DNA of 64,000 nt from contig OY781945.1 of NCBI GenBank assembly GCA_963677435.1, positions 2,592,001 to 2,656,000 of the forward strand, in the 5' to 3' direction. Made by a program: the position numbers and the translations under genes. The notes beneath the pieces are model-generated. The model searched no databases. It had not been told where the DNA came from and saw only the letters and a list, made by a program, of their open reading frames with translations. Position 1 is the stretch's first letter, and each line of letters begins with the position of its first letter. Source of the stretch: an uncultured Aliarcobacter sp. Lineage in GTDB: Bacteria; Campylobacterota; Campylobacteria; Campylobacterales; Arcobacteraceae. Shown here piece after piece: positions 9,191-19,503 of the stretch.

Positions 9191-9925
9191 ATGCCAAATC
9201 AATTAAAATCTTTATCTAAAGGTTTAAAAGTTTATAGGTTTATCATAGATTTTGGTAAACCTATTTTGGCAGTTACTTTGTGTGAGAAATTACAAATTGA
9301 TAAAAGCACAATGTCACGACTTTTAAAAACTCTAAAAGATGAAGATTTTATCTCATACTTAGAAAACTCAAATGAAATAATTGCAAATGATATTTCAAAT
9401 AAAACAAATCAAGCTACAAAAATTGAACTACTTATTAAATCAACAAGAGTTTTACTTGAAGAGATTTCAAAACAAACAAATGAATGTGCATATTTAGGTA
9501 TTTTTGATGATTATAAAGTTTCATATATAAACCAAATTGATTTATCAAACCAAAAATTAAAAACAAGAAATAATATTGGTATTCAAGTAAATCTTCATAC
9601 TAGTGCTTTGGGAAAATCAATGTTAGCTTTTGGAAATTATGATTTAGAAAAAATCAAATTTAATCAATTTACAAATAACACTATAACAGATATTAAAACA
9701 CTAAAAAATGAGATAAACCAAGTAAAAAACAAAGGTTATTCAGTGGATAATAAAGAGTATCAAGATGGAATGTGTTGTGTGGCAGTTCCACTTTTTAATA
9801 AAGAAAATATTTTGATTGGTTCAGTTGGGATTTCAGGAAATTCTGCAAGATTAAAAGCTAATAAACTGGATGAAATAGGAGAAACTATATCAAATATAGT
9901 TTCAAAGTATTCCATAGTTTATTAA
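9191..9925 (+). CDS. IclR family transcriptional regulator
   Basis: N-terminal HTH (IDKSTMSRLL), HTSALGK, CVAVP..SVGISG. Confidence 0.92.
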   Translation: MPNQLKSLSKGLKVYRFIIDFGKPILAVTLCEKLQIDKSTMSRLLKTLKDEDFISYLENSNEIIANDISNKTNQATKIELLIKSTRVLLEEISKQTNECAYLGIFDDYKVSYINQIDLSNQKLKTRNNIGIQVNLHTSALGKSMLAFGNYDLEKIKFNQFTNNTITDIKTLKNEINQVKNKGYSVDNKEYQDGMCCVAVPLFNKENILIGSVGISGNSARLKANKLDEIGETISNIVSKYSIVY

Positions 9926-9943
9926 ACTTTTTTATTTAAATTT

Positions 9944-10732
9944 TTACTCTTCAACTAATTCTAAAATAGCATTAACAGAAGCATTTGTCATATCTAAATC
10001 TAAATGAGGAGCATCTTTTGCTTCAACAAGTCTTACATCTAAACCTTTTTCTTTTGCTAATTTATAAAAATCTATTGTTAACTTAGGTGGAGAAATTTCA
10101 TCAGCTGTACCATAAACCAGTGCAAATTTTGTTTTTTTATCCACATTATTTAAAACATCACTTATTGATATTAAATCTTTAGCATCTGTTTTTTCATGGA
10201 TATTATAAACTCCACCTGCACAAAGAATATTATTTATAAGTTCAGGTCTAATTCCTGTTAATGTTGCACCCATCATACATCCAGCACTGTGTCCTATGTA
10301 TGTAACAGTTGAAGCATCATATCTATCTTTTAAAGCTTTTACTAATTCACCTAAAAATTCAACATACTCTTTTTTCGCAGCTAAATTTTCAACTCCATCA
10401 TGAGATAAAGAAGTGAATTTATTTGTTGAACTTCCAGAATATCCAGGAAGTGCAACAGCTATTGTTGTAACATCTGTTCTAATTGCTAAATCTTCTGCAA
10501 AAGAAGCATATCGTGCAAGTGTATCAGTTCCCTCTTTCCATGTTCCATGAACTATAATATTAATTGAACCTTCTACTTCGCCTTTGAACTTTTTATATTT
10601 TATGCACTCATTTCCTGCAAATATAAAATTTTCACCTTTTTTTGTGCATTCTGATTCTGATATTTTTGCTGCATTTAATGATAAATTAAATGCAAAAATT
10701 ACGCTTGTTAAAATTAAAATCTTTTTAAACAT
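9944..10732 (-). CDS. Exported alpha/beta hydrolase
   Basis: Signal peptide; VHG, GHSAG nucleophile, GTADEI, H in APHLD. Confidence 0.8.
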   Translation of the reverse strand: MFKKILILTSVIFAFNLSLNAAKISESECTKKGENFIFAGNECIKYKKFKGEVEGSINIIVHGTWKEGTDTLARYASFAEDLAIRTDVTTIAVALPGYSGSSTNKFTSLSHDGVENLAAKKEYVEFLGELVKALKDRYDASTVTYIGHSAGCMMGATLTGIRPELINNILCAGGVYNIHEKTDAKDLISISDVLNNVDKKTKFALVYGTADEISPPKLTIDFYKLAKEKGLDVRLVEAKDAPHLDLDMTNASVNAILELVEE

Positions 10733-10749
10733 TTTTTATCCTTTCTATT

Positions 10750-11187
10750 TTAATATGGTGTAATGCCGACATATCCAATCATTTGTCGCTCAATTACTTC
10801 TACAATTCCAGCTTGAACAAATTCAACGCCATCAATAAAATCATCATCTTTCCAGTTCATTGTTTCCATTGTATTTCTACATCCTACAAATTCAACATCA
10901 TATTCCATCAGGGATTTAATTCGTGCAAGTGTATTTTTGTCATAATCTTTTTTAATTGCTCTCATACCTTTTCCATAAAGAACAACTGCAACTTTTAAAG
11001 TATCACTTGGATACTCTTTTAAAATATTGTAAATTGAACCAATAGTATGATTAACTACATCTAAATCATCATTATGCAAATTTATTACTAATTTTCTAGG
11101 GTTTTCAAAAGTTGGTTGAGGATCATTAAACTTTGATTGTGCATAAGAACAAATTGTTAATAAAACAATAAGTATAATTTTTTTCAT
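10750..11187 (-). CDS. Periplasmic DsrE/DsrF-like protein
   Basis: VVLYGKG, FVGCRNTM, VQAGIVE motifs; signal peptide. Confidence 0.85.
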   Translation of the reverse strand: MKKIILIVLLTICSYAQSKFNDPQPTFENPRKLVINLHNDDLDVVNHTIGSIYNILKEYPSDTLKVAVVLYGKGMRAIKKDYDKNTLARIKSLMEYDVEFVGCRNTMETMNWKDDDFIDGVEFVQAGIVEVIERQMIGYVGITPY

Positions 11188-11192
11188 CTATG

Positions 11193-11651
11193 TTATCCTT
11201 TTATTTCTACTATCATATCTTTTGATATGATACCATTTTTTAAGATTTTACAATAAAGTCCCCTATGATTTTTTAGTAAATTAGGTAATTCTTCACCAAA
11301 AGTACTAAGATGATTACAAACGGTACAAACTTGAGTAATCTGAATAATTGATGTTCCTATTATTATCTCTTGATTTACACTTAAATCATGTGGATCAAAA
11401 TCTAATAAAATATTTTCACCTAAACTTCCATACTCTAATTTTATACCATTTTGCAATGCTATTTCATAAGACTCAAGTCCTACTATCATAACTGTTTGCT
11501 CTAGTTTTTTGCCAGCAAACTTATCATTTTCAATTCCGAAACCCTCAATTAAATTTAGAGATGCAACTTGTGGTCTAGGAAGTCCACTTGACTCTTTTGT
11601 GGCGCTAAAAGTTTTTAAAACTTTTCCTAGAATTTTTATATTATCTTGCAT
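11193..11651 (-). CDS. MOSC domain protein
   Basis: GIENDK, GSLGENI, TQVCTVC, RGLYCKI. Confidence 0.85.
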   Translation of the reverse strand: MQDNIKILGKVLKTFSATKESSGLPRPQVASLNLIEGFGIENDKFAGKKLEQTVMIVGLESYEIALQNGIKLEYGSLGENILLDFDPHDLSVNQEIIIGTSIIQITQVCTVCNHLSTFGEELPNLLKNHRGLYCKILKNGIISKDMIVEIKG

Positions 11652-11652
11652 A

Positions 11653-12441
11653 TTATTTTAAATTCTCTTTCAAAATTTCTAAAAAATCACTTTTCACCCA
11701 AGCGCCAGGATATTGTTTAAGATAAGTTCCCTCTTTTGAAACAACAAAAAAAGTTGGCGTTATTTGTTTATATACTTTTTTTAGATCAAAAGGTAAAGCC
11801 ATTTCATCTACATCAATTTTTATAAATAAATAGTTTTTATTTATTTGAGTTTGAACCTCATCTAAACTTAGAACCTCTTTATTCATTGTTTTACAATAAT
11901 GACAAGTTTTTGAATTTGCATAAACCATGATAAGTTTATTTTCTTTTTTTGCTTTATCTAAAATTTCAGATTCATTTATACTTGCTAAAGTATTTACAGA
12001 AGTATCTTTTATTGCTAAATATTTTTTATATTCCATAAAAAATATCGCTAGATTATTGTATTCATCATCACTTAATTTCATACTTTTTTTAACATCATAA
12101 TATTTTAAAATATGTTCATCACAAATAGAATTAAATCTATCAGGCTTTTCTAAATATGTTTTTAAAAAGTTTTGAATCTCTATTTCTTGCATTTCAGGAT
12201 CAGTTTCATCACCAATTTTTTTTGAACTATCCATAATTTCATAAGCTAACATATTAACAGTTGGTGCTTTTAGGTTTAAAAGTTTGTTCTTTTTTTCAAA
12301 AAAATTCTCTTTTAAAGTATTAATATCTATATAATTTTCATGGCAAGAAGAACATTTATTTTGGAAAATTTCTTTTCCTTCTTTATAATCTGCAATTAAA
12401 TTCACGAAAAGAAATAACATTATTAGTAAAATCTTTATCAA
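11653..12441 (-). CDS. Cytochrome c - thioredoxin (SoxW-like) fusion, TTG start
   Basis: Signal peptide; CSSCH haem motif; C-terminal CHYC and cis-Pro TPTF. Confidence 0.8.
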   Translation of the reverse strand: MIKILLIMLFLFVNLIADYKEGKEIFQNKCSSCHENYIDINTLKENFFEKKNKLLNLKAPTVNMLAYEIMDSSKKIGDETDPEMQEIEIQNFLKTYLEKPDRFNSICDEHILKYYDVKKSMKLSDDEYNNLAIFFMEYKKYLAIKDTSVNTLASINESEILDKAKKENKLIMVYANSKTCHYCKTMNKEVLSLDEVQTQINKNYLFIKIDVDEMALPFDLKKVYKQITPTFFVVSKEGTYLKQYPGAWVKSDFLEILKENLK

Positions 12442-12533
12442 ATTAAAATCCTTTTTTCAACTTAATAAATATTTATAAAAAAAGATTTACTAAATAGAAA
12501 AAGTATAAAGAGAAAAACTCTTTATACTTAAAA

Positions 12534-14300
12534 TCAAACAATTCCAGGATTGCCTTTTACTCCAATAATATCAGGAGTATCTACTTTTATATTACTAATA
12601 TGTTTTACATTTTTTAAATATGTCTCAACTGTTTCCCAAATAGGTTCACCCTCAGATTGAGCACCAACAGTTGACCAACCTGCTACTTTATAAGATTTTT
12701 TTGCATCAAGTTTTTGACCTGTTTTTGTAAGAACAATATCAGATATTCTTTCACCCATTTTTGCTTTTGGATTAATTTTATATGAAATTCCACCTGTTCT
12801 TACCATATCTCCACCTTGTTGATAATATGGATCTTCATTAAATAAGTTATCAGCAACATCTTCTAAAATAGCTTTAATATCTGTTCCTGTTATATCTCTT
12901 GCATATGTTTCTGGATATGTCATTGCTGTTTGAGTCATTAAATCATCAAAAGTAATTGCTTGTCCTGGCATTACAGAAGTTCCCCATCTAAATCCTGGAC
13001 TTAGTGAAATTTGTGCTTCTTTCACTTCTAAAAGTGCATCACAAATAATTTGATCCCAAGAACCATTAAAGTTTCCTCTTCTAAATAGTGTTGTGTCAGT
13101 TGTTGCAATTTCTCTTGTTAAATCCTTAAGGAATGGAAGTCTTACATCTTCAATGTATTTTTTCATCTCTTTATTTTCAGGAATTAAATCTGAGAAAATT
13201 GGTAAAAGTGTAAATTTAAAGTCTTTAATTTTTCCATTTTGAATATCTAAATCTAGAACATTTAAGAATTTACCATTACTTCCTGCATTACAAACATAAG
13301 TTGTACCCTCAGCATTTTTAACAGGAACAGCTTCTGGAACACCATCATGAGTATGTCCACCCATAATAAAGTCAATTCCAGTACAAACTTCTGCCATTTT
13401 TTTATCAGTATCAAAACCATTGTGAGAAAGAACTATAATGGCATCTGGTTTTTCTTCTTCTTTGATTTTGTTTACAATCTCTTGCATATTGTCATCTTTA
13501 ATCCCAAAAGTCCAATCAGGAATAAATCTTTGAGGATTTGCAATTGTTGTATATGGGAATGCTTGACCGATTATTGCAACTCTTGCATTGCCCATTTGCT
13601 TAATTGTATATGGTTTAAAAGCTAATCCACTATCTTCATCATAAGCTTCAACACCATCCATCAAAGAAGTTTCTTTAACAAAAATATTTTGAGCTAAAAA
13701 TTCTGCATTTAATGCTTTTACATTTTCTAAAACTTCTTCTGCTTTATATGTAAATTCCCAATGTCCAACAGCTACATCAACACCTAGTAAATTCATAGCA
13801 CCAACCATATCTTTACCTCTTGTCCAAAGAGCTGTTGCTGTTCCTTGCCAAGTATCTCCTCCATCTAATAAAAGAGTTTTTTCTTTTCCATAACTATCTC
13901 TTAGAAAATCAACTACTGTTTTTATTTGAGGAAATCCACCAACTTTTCCCATCACTTTTGCATGTTCTTCAAAATTTACACATGAGTAAGCATATTCAAG
14001 TCTTTTATTACCTTTAATTCCATAATAATCAAGTAACTTCTCACCTACAATATGTGGTGGCTTACCAAAATTACTAAAAAATCCTAAGTTAACACTAGGC
14101 TCTCTAAAATATACAGGTAATAGTTGAGCATGACAATCTGTCATATGTAAAAATCTTGCATTACCAAATGGTTTTAATTTATAATAATCTTCTAATTTGT
14201 TTGTAATATCTGTCATTCTTGTATGAGAATTAGCAAATACAGGAGCAGCACCAAGTACAGCCATCATATAAACAAACTCTCTTCTACTTAATTTACTCAT
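12534..14300 (-). CDS. soxB: Thiosulfohydrolase SoxB
   Basis: Tat SRREF; HMTDCHAQLLP, DGGDTWQG, GHWEF, GGHTH. Confidence 0.97.
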   Translation of the reverse strand: MSKLSRREFVYMMAVLGAAPVFANSHTRMTDITNKLEDYYKLKPFGNARFLHMTDCHAQLLPVYFREPSVNLGFFSNFGKPPHIVGEKLLDYYGIKGNKRLEYAYSCVNFEEHAKVMGKVGGFPQIKTVVDFLRDSYGKEKTLLLDGGDTWQGTATALWTRGKDMVGAMNLLGVDVAVGHWEFTYKAEEVLENVKALNAEFLAQNIFVKETSLMDGVEAYDEDSGLAFKPYTIKQMGNARVAIIGQAFPYTTIANPQRFIPDWTFGIKDDNMQEIVNKIKEEEKPDAIIVLSHNGFDTDKKMAEVCTGIDFIMGGHTHDGVPEAVPVKNAEGTTYVCNAGSNGKFLNVLDLDIQNGKIKDFKFTLLPIFSDLIPENKEMKKYIEDVRLPFLKDLTREIATTDTTLFRRGNFNGSWDQIICDALLEVKEAQISLSPGFRWGTSVMPGQAITFDDLMTQTAMTYPETYARDITGTDIKAILEDVADNLFNEDPYYQQGGDMVRTGGISYKINPKAKMGERISDIVLTKTGQKLDAKKSYKVAGWSTVGAQSEGEPIWETVETYLKNVKHISNIKVDTPDIIGVKGNPGIV

Positions 14301-14420
14301 TTTTTATACCTTATATCAGTTTAAAAATACTATATTTTTATAGTATTTTTGAATTTATGAGAATAAAAAAAGCCAAGAGTAAAAAATCTTGACTTTTTTA
14401 AACCTATTAATATTTATTTA

Positions 14421-14852
14421 TTAATATTTATAACCATCACTTGGACTTGCAAGTTTCCAAGTAGTTTTTGCTTCTTCTTCTTGAGTTAAAGCACTTATTG
14501 CAAAAGAACAAGCTCGCCATGCACCAAATTCAATAGTTTCTTCACCAGTTTTTTTCTTTTTATCATCAACTATATCAATAGTTTTAGCAGCTGATTTTAA
14601 TGCAGCATCAACAGCTTCAATATATTGACTAGCTTTCATTCCAAGTCTCATAAATTCAACTTTATGTTTTACTGCTATTTCATTATATTTTGCAGCTGTA
14701 GCTAATACTTTTTCAACGCCATTTGCTTCAACATTACACTCTTTTTTAACATCTAATTTAGATATATCAGAAGCTGATGCGTTAACTAATCCATAAGTTA
14801 ATAATGCTGTTACAGTTGCGAATTTTAAAATTGTTTTGTTCATAATATTCAC
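14421..14852 (-). CDS. Exported hypothetical protein between soxA and soxB
   Basis: Signal peptide, two Cys; starts a few bp after the soxA stop. Confidence 0.75.
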   Translation of the reverse strand: MNIMNKTILKFATVTALLTYGLVNASASDISKLDVKKECNVEANGVEKVLATAAKYNEIAVKHKVEFMRLGMKASQYIEAVDAALKSAAKTIDIVDDKKKKTGEETIEFGAWRACSFAISALTQEEEAKTTWKLASPSDGYKY

Positions 14853-14857
14853 CTTTA

Positions 14858-15772
14858 TTATTTTCTTATATCTGGACCATCAATAGCCATACCATTTGAT
14901 ATATACGCCATGAAATAGATAAGTTCTTTCATTTCAGTACTTTCATCTTTTGGTGGAACTTGTCCTTGATCAACGATACATCCTGATAATCTTCTTTCAA
15001 TAGTTCCTAAACTATCCCATTTTAATCTATAAACAGGGAATTGTGTAATTTGTCCTACAAGTGGAGAAAGTTTTTCATTTCTAACTCTTTGCCCAGCACC
15101 TTGAATATGGCAAGTTGCACATGACATTTTTAAATATCCTCTTTGAGTATAGTAATACTCTTTTCCTGCTTCATAAGCTTTTTTAGCTGCTTCACTTTGA
15201 ATTTTAATATCAAATTTTTTACCAGCTTCTGTTGTTGCATTTACTAAATATGCTTGAAGATTTGCAATATCACCTTTTTTTGTATCCCACTCTTTTTCAC
15301 CATTATCTCTTAGACAATCATTAACAGCAGAAGTTAAAGTAACAACATCTTTTTTCTTTTCATCAAAATATGGATACATATTTGTAACAGCAGGATCAGG
15401 GAAACAAGTTGCAAATGATTTACCATTAGCAAATTTTTTGTTATATAAAGCTTCTCCTGTTTCAATATCTGACTCATAAGGAGGCATCTCTTTAATTGCT
15501 TCATATTGAGATTTTGCATCTTTTGAATATGAATATGTTCCAATATTAAAATCATCATGTTTTAGATTTTTTTCATAATCATTTTTTAACTCTGAATCAG
15601 TTGCATATGGAAAAAATTTATCTTTATTTTTTTCAGGATCTTGAAACTTTGCTTCAAAATATTTTACGGCTTCAATTCTATCTTTTTCTGCTTTTGCATT
15701 GAAATCAGTTGCATTTAAAGCACATACTGTTAATGCTAAAAATGCTGTTGATTTTACAATTTTTGATAACAT
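14858..15772 (-). CDS. soxA: SoxA, single-haem cytochrome c
   Basis: CATCH; FPVYRLKW..RRLSGC active-site Cys. Confidence 0.95.
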   Translation of the reverse strand: MLSKIVKSTAFLALTVCALNATDFNAKAEKDRIEAVKYFEAKFQDPEKNKDKFFPYATDSELKNDYEKNLKHDDFNIGTYSYSKDAKSQYEAIKEMPPYESDIETGEALYNKKFANGKSFATCFPDPAVTNMYPYFDEKKKDVVTLTSAVNDCLRDNGEKEWDTKKGDIANLQAYLVNATTEAGKKFDIKIQSEAAKKAYEAGKEYYYTQRGYLKMSCATCHIQGAGQRVRNEKLSPLVGQITQFPVYRLKWDSLGTIERRLSGCIVDQGQVPPKDESTEMKELIYFMAYISNGMAIDGPDIRK

Positions 15773-15809
15773 CGTATCTCCTTTTTATTAAATTACTAAA
15801 ATTTAGTAA

Positions 15810-16115
15810 CTATTTGATTTTTTCAGTACTAACATCTGTAGTACCTTTTAAATCTTTCCAAGTAATCTCAACATCATCACCAACTGCTCCACCTTTAAAT
15901 GAAAATTTTATATAAGGGTCTTTTGATAAAAATTGACTTGTTGACGCTTCATAAACAATTTTTCCACCAACTTTTGCCACTATATAAGTAATAAAGTTAG
16001 CTTCTTTTTTTGCTCTTTCTGCTTCTTGGTAACTTAACATTGGATGTGTTGCTAATGCTTTTACTTCAACTATTCCATTTTTTAATTTTGCTTTTATTTT
16101 TGTTGAATCTGCCAT
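15810..16115 (-). CDS. soxZ: SoxZ
   Basis: HPM, SKDPYIKF, WKDLKG. Confidence 0.95.
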   Translation of the reverse strand: MADSTKIKAKLKNGIVEVKALATHPMLSYQEAERAKKEANFITYIVAKVGGKIVYEASTSQFLSKDPYIKFSFKGGAVGDDVEITWKDLKGTTDVSTEKIK

Positions 16116-16171
16116 TTGTATTCCTTTAGTTTTTATTTATATTTATAGTTAATTGATTAGTTGAACAAAAA

Positions 16172-16624
16172 TCAACCACCACATCCACCAATAGTTACTT
16201 TTACTAATTTAGATGCTGAATATAATTTTCCATCAGCTTCTGCAATAACTGTTACCGTTCCTGTTTTTGCTAATTTAATTCTAATTGCATAATCAATTAC
16301 TGCATTTTCAGGAATTGTAAACACTGCAACTGCACTTTCAGGATTTGCATCTTGGAAAACAGCAATTTTTGTAGCTTTTAAATCTGTTTCAAAAGAAACA
16401 GGAATTACAGCACCATTTTCAGCAATATCAGGAGCATTTAATTTAATACTTCCTTCAGTTGTATCTGTTGTTCCAAAAAGTTCTTTTACAGCCTCATCAA
16501 CTTTTTTTGCAGTCCAAGCATTTGGCTTAGTTTCTCTAAAATCAACAGCACTTAATTTACCAGGAATTACAGCTACTGCCATAGCTCCTAATCCTAATCC
16601 TAAAAAATTTCTTCTATTTATCAT
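16172..16624 (-). CDS. soxY: SoxY sulfur carrier
   Basis: Tat NRRNF; APDIAENG; C-terminal VKVTIGGCGG. Confidence 0.98.
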   Translation of the reverse strand: MINRRNFLGLGLGAMAVAVIPGKLSAVDFRETKPNAWTAKKVDEAVKELFGTTDTTEGSIKLNAPDIAENGAVIPVSFETDLKATKIAVFQDANPESAVAVFTIPENAVIDYAIRIKLAKTGTVTVIAEADGKLYSASKLVKVTIGGCGG

Positions 16625-16639
16625 TTTTTTTCCTTATTA

Positions 16640-16993
16640 TTAATTTATTGTTTTTAAATAAGCAACTACTGCTTTAATCTCAGAATCACTTAACCAACCA
16701 TTTTTACCAAATGCTGGCATAGCAGAGATTGGATTTGTTGTATAAGGATTATAAATTTTTTCATATAAAGCTTCTTCTGGCCAAACTGATAAATTTTGTA
16801 AAACAGGTCCCATACTTCCTGGACCATCTATCTTTTTACCATTTACAGCATGACATGCTAAACAGTTACCCATTTTATTGCTATTAAAGATTTTTTCACC
16901 TTGTGCTACTAAATCAGAATCAGCTGCAAAACCACTAACTGCCATTAATCCACTAATCGCAGATGCAGTTAATAACCTTTTAATTACATTCAT
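16640..16993 (-). CDS. soxX: SoxX cytochrome c
   Basis: GNCLACH, GPVL, MPAFG. Confidence 0.95.
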   Translation of the reverse strand: MNVIKRLLTASAISGLMAVSGFAADSDLVAQGEKIFNSNKMGNCLACHAVNGKKIDGPGSMGPVLQNLSVWPEEALYEKIYNPYTTNPISAMPAFGKNGWLSDSEIKAVVAYLKTIN

Positions 16994-17006
16994 AAGCTCT
17001 CCTTTG

Positions 17007-18200
17007 TTATTTGCTAGAATTAATCATATAATTGATTACTTCTTTCATTTGCTCATCAGTTAAATCCATATTGCCACCTTTAGGAGGCATACTATTTATA
17101 CCATTTATTGCATTATTATATACTTTATCAATCCCTTTTTCAACTACCTTAGCCCAAGCCTCTTTATTACCTAAAACAGGAGCTCCAATAGCTGGATTAC
17201 CATGACAACTAACACAAGTTGTTTCGTAAATAGTTTGTCCTGCACTAATAGCTTGTGTATTTTCAACTTTTGGTAAATCTCTCACTGTTGAAAGTGCTTG
17301 ATTTGAGTTAACTGATAAATCTGTATTTATTTTAAGAAGTAAATTATTTACATCTTCTTTAATACAATCTTTCATACATTTTGTTCCTGTTCCATATATT
17401 TTTGGATCAGAAAGTAATGCAGTCATATTTTTAACACCATCTTTTGGGTCTTTTGTATCAACCTCAGGATAGAATCCATCTTCATTTGGCATTTTGATTT
17501 TTAAAAACTTTTCTTTATCTAAAACATACTCATCTTCAAGTTCTTCACCATCAATTTTAATATTATTTATAGATAATAAATAAGCCGTTAGAGCATAAGT
17601 TTCACTATTACTTAAACTTTTTGGATGAGGGAAAGGCATTGAGTCTTGCACATACCAAAAAATTGTAGTCGCATATGGCCAATATGAACCTATTGTTCTT
17701 ATTGCAGTATCTGGATTTGGATGCTCATCAGCTGGATTTAATCTTTGAATTTTCAGGGATGCCTTTGAACCACCAGCAAGTCTTGGATAACCTTTTCCAC
17801 CTGTTCCAAAATCCCCATGACACATTACACATTGAGAATCATAAAGATCAGCACCTTCTTCAACTGAACCCTGTGCTTTTTTTGGTTTACCATTTTCATC
17901 TAAGACAACTTCACCATTTTTCATGTCAAATTCTGGTAAATCTTTACCATCAGGTTTTATATCAACATTCCAAGCAGAGATTTCTCTTTTTGTTGGTGTT
18001 CTTCCAATATTATAATCTTTTACATCTTGTGTATTTACATAATATGAAGAGTATTTTCCATCTTTAATAGGATACTTAACTGCACCATCAACTGAACTTT
18101 CATTTTTAGTTGATGCAAAGGCAGAAGTTGCTAATAAAGTTGATAAACTTACACTAAGAAAAATATTCTTAAGCTTTTTTGTGTTTTCTAATTTGAACAT
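17007..18200 (-). CDS. soxD: SoxD dihaem cytochrome c
   Basis: CVMCHG, TIGSYWPYATT, MP, second CVSCHG; 32-bp overlap with soxC. Confidence 0.93.
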   Translation of the reverse strand: MFKLENTKKLKNIFLSVSLSTLLATSAFASTKNESSVDGAVKYPIKDGKYSSYYVNTQDVKDYNIGRTPTKREISAWNVDIKPDGKDLPEFDMKNGEVVLDENGKPKKAQGSVEEGADLYDSQCVMCHGDFGTGGKGYPRLAGGSKASLKIQRLNPADEHPNPDTAIRTIGSYWPYATTIFWYVQDSMPFPHPKSLSNSETYALTAYLLSINNIKIDGEELEDEYVLDKEKFLKIKMPNEDGFYPEVDTKDPKDGVKNMTALLSDPKIYGTGTKCMKDCIKEDVNNLLLKINTDLSVNSNQALSTVRDLPKVENTQAISAGQTIYETTCVSCHGNPAIGAPVLGNKEAWAKVVEKGIDKVYNNAINGINSMPPKGGNMDLTDEQMKEVINYMINSSK

Positions 18201-19503
18201 TATTGCACTCTCCTTTGCTAGTTATTTCCCAAGTTACAATTGCATTTCTATGATAAACAGATTCAACACCAACAGCTGATGTTTCTTGATCAATCGTTGG
18301 TTGGATATTTCCAAAATCATCATAAGATCTACTTGACAATAATACTTCTTTACCATCCCATTTATACATATAAGAGAATCTTGTCCAAGATTTTGGTAAT
18401 ACTAAACCTTTTAGTTTAGCTTCAACCCAATTATCTCCACCGTCAAATGAAATATCAACACCTTTGATTGTTCCATGTCCAGACCAAGCAAGTCCTTCAA
18501 TTTCTACTGTTTCACCTTTTTTCAAATGTGTCCATGGTTTTTCAGGACATGGACTTGTAATTACAGAATTAACTTCATTAACCCAGAAATATCTGATTGC
18601 TTTTCCAGATTTTTGTAACATTGTATATTTTGATGTCTCTTCTTTTGAATGCCATGGTTTATCTGAAAATTCTAATCTTCTTAACCATTTAGTATTAAGA
18701 TTTCCTTCCCATCCTGGAACTATTAGTCTAACTGGATAACCTTGTTCAGGTCTTAATGCTTCACCATTTTGTCCCCAAACAACCATAACATCATCTAAAG
18801 CTTTTTCAACTGGAATACTTCTTGGATTTGAAGCATTATCACTTCCTTCTGCTAACATCCAAACTGCATCTTTTTCAAGACCCAAATCATCTAAAATAGT
18901 TTTTAGCATTACTCCTGTCCATTGAGCAGCACTCATAAGACCTTTCATAAATTGTAAACTATTAAATTGTGGACCTCTCCATTCAGGGCTTCCATTTGCA
19001 GGGCACTCAATGAAGTAAATTCTTGATTCACTTGGATATTTTTTTAAATCTTCTAAAGTTAAAACAATCTCTTTTTTAACTTTTCCATGAATCATTAATC
19101 TCCACTCATTTGGATCTACTTGAGCAGTTCCACCATGATCTCTTGTAAAAAAGAGTCCATTTGGTGTAATAATTCCTTCAGATTCATGAATTGGACACAT
19201 CGATACAGATGCATACGCATCTCCTGATGAGAATAAATCATGAGTTCTTCTAATATTATTATGCTCATATGGTGATGGTATTCCGTATAAATTCTTATCT
19301 ACAGGATCTCCTAACTTTGTACCCCAAGGAACTTCATTTATAATTGCCGCTTCATCTGCTTTAGCAGATACTGGCGATAAAATTGATGCAGCACTTAAGG
19401 CACTAGCTGAGTAAATAGCTGTTTTTTTGAAAAAATCTCTTCTACTTGTTACTTCAACAGTATTAGATTTAACATCATTTTGTAAAACTTTGCTGTTTTT
19501 CAA
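18169..19503 (-). CDS. soxC: SoxC sulfane dehydrogenase molybdoprotein, TTG start
   Basis: Tat SRRDF; IECPAN, EQGYPVRL, GLAWSG; AGGAGG RBS. Confidence 0.96.
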   Translation of the reverse strand: MKNSKVLQNDVKSNTVEVTSRRDFFKKTAIYSASALSAASILSPVSAKADEAAIINEVPWGTKLGDPVDKNLYGIPSPYEHNNIRRTHDLFSSGDAYASVSMCPIHESEGIITPNGLFFTRDHGGTAQVDPNEWRLMIHGKVKKEIVLTLEDLKKYPSESRIYFIECPANGSPEWRGPQFNSLQFMKGLMSAAQWTGVMLKTILDDLGLEKDAVWMLAEGSDNASNPRSIPVEKALDDVMVVWGQNGEALRPEQGYPVRLIVPGWEGNLNTKWLRRLEFSDKPWHSKEETSKYTMLQKSGKAIRYFWVNEVNSVITSPCPEKPWTHLKKGETVEIEGLAWSGHGTIKGVDISFDGGDNWVEAKLKGLVLPKSWTRFSYMYKWDGKEVLLSSRSYDDFGNIQPTIDQETSAVGVESVYHRNAIVTWEITSKGECNNVQIRKHKKA

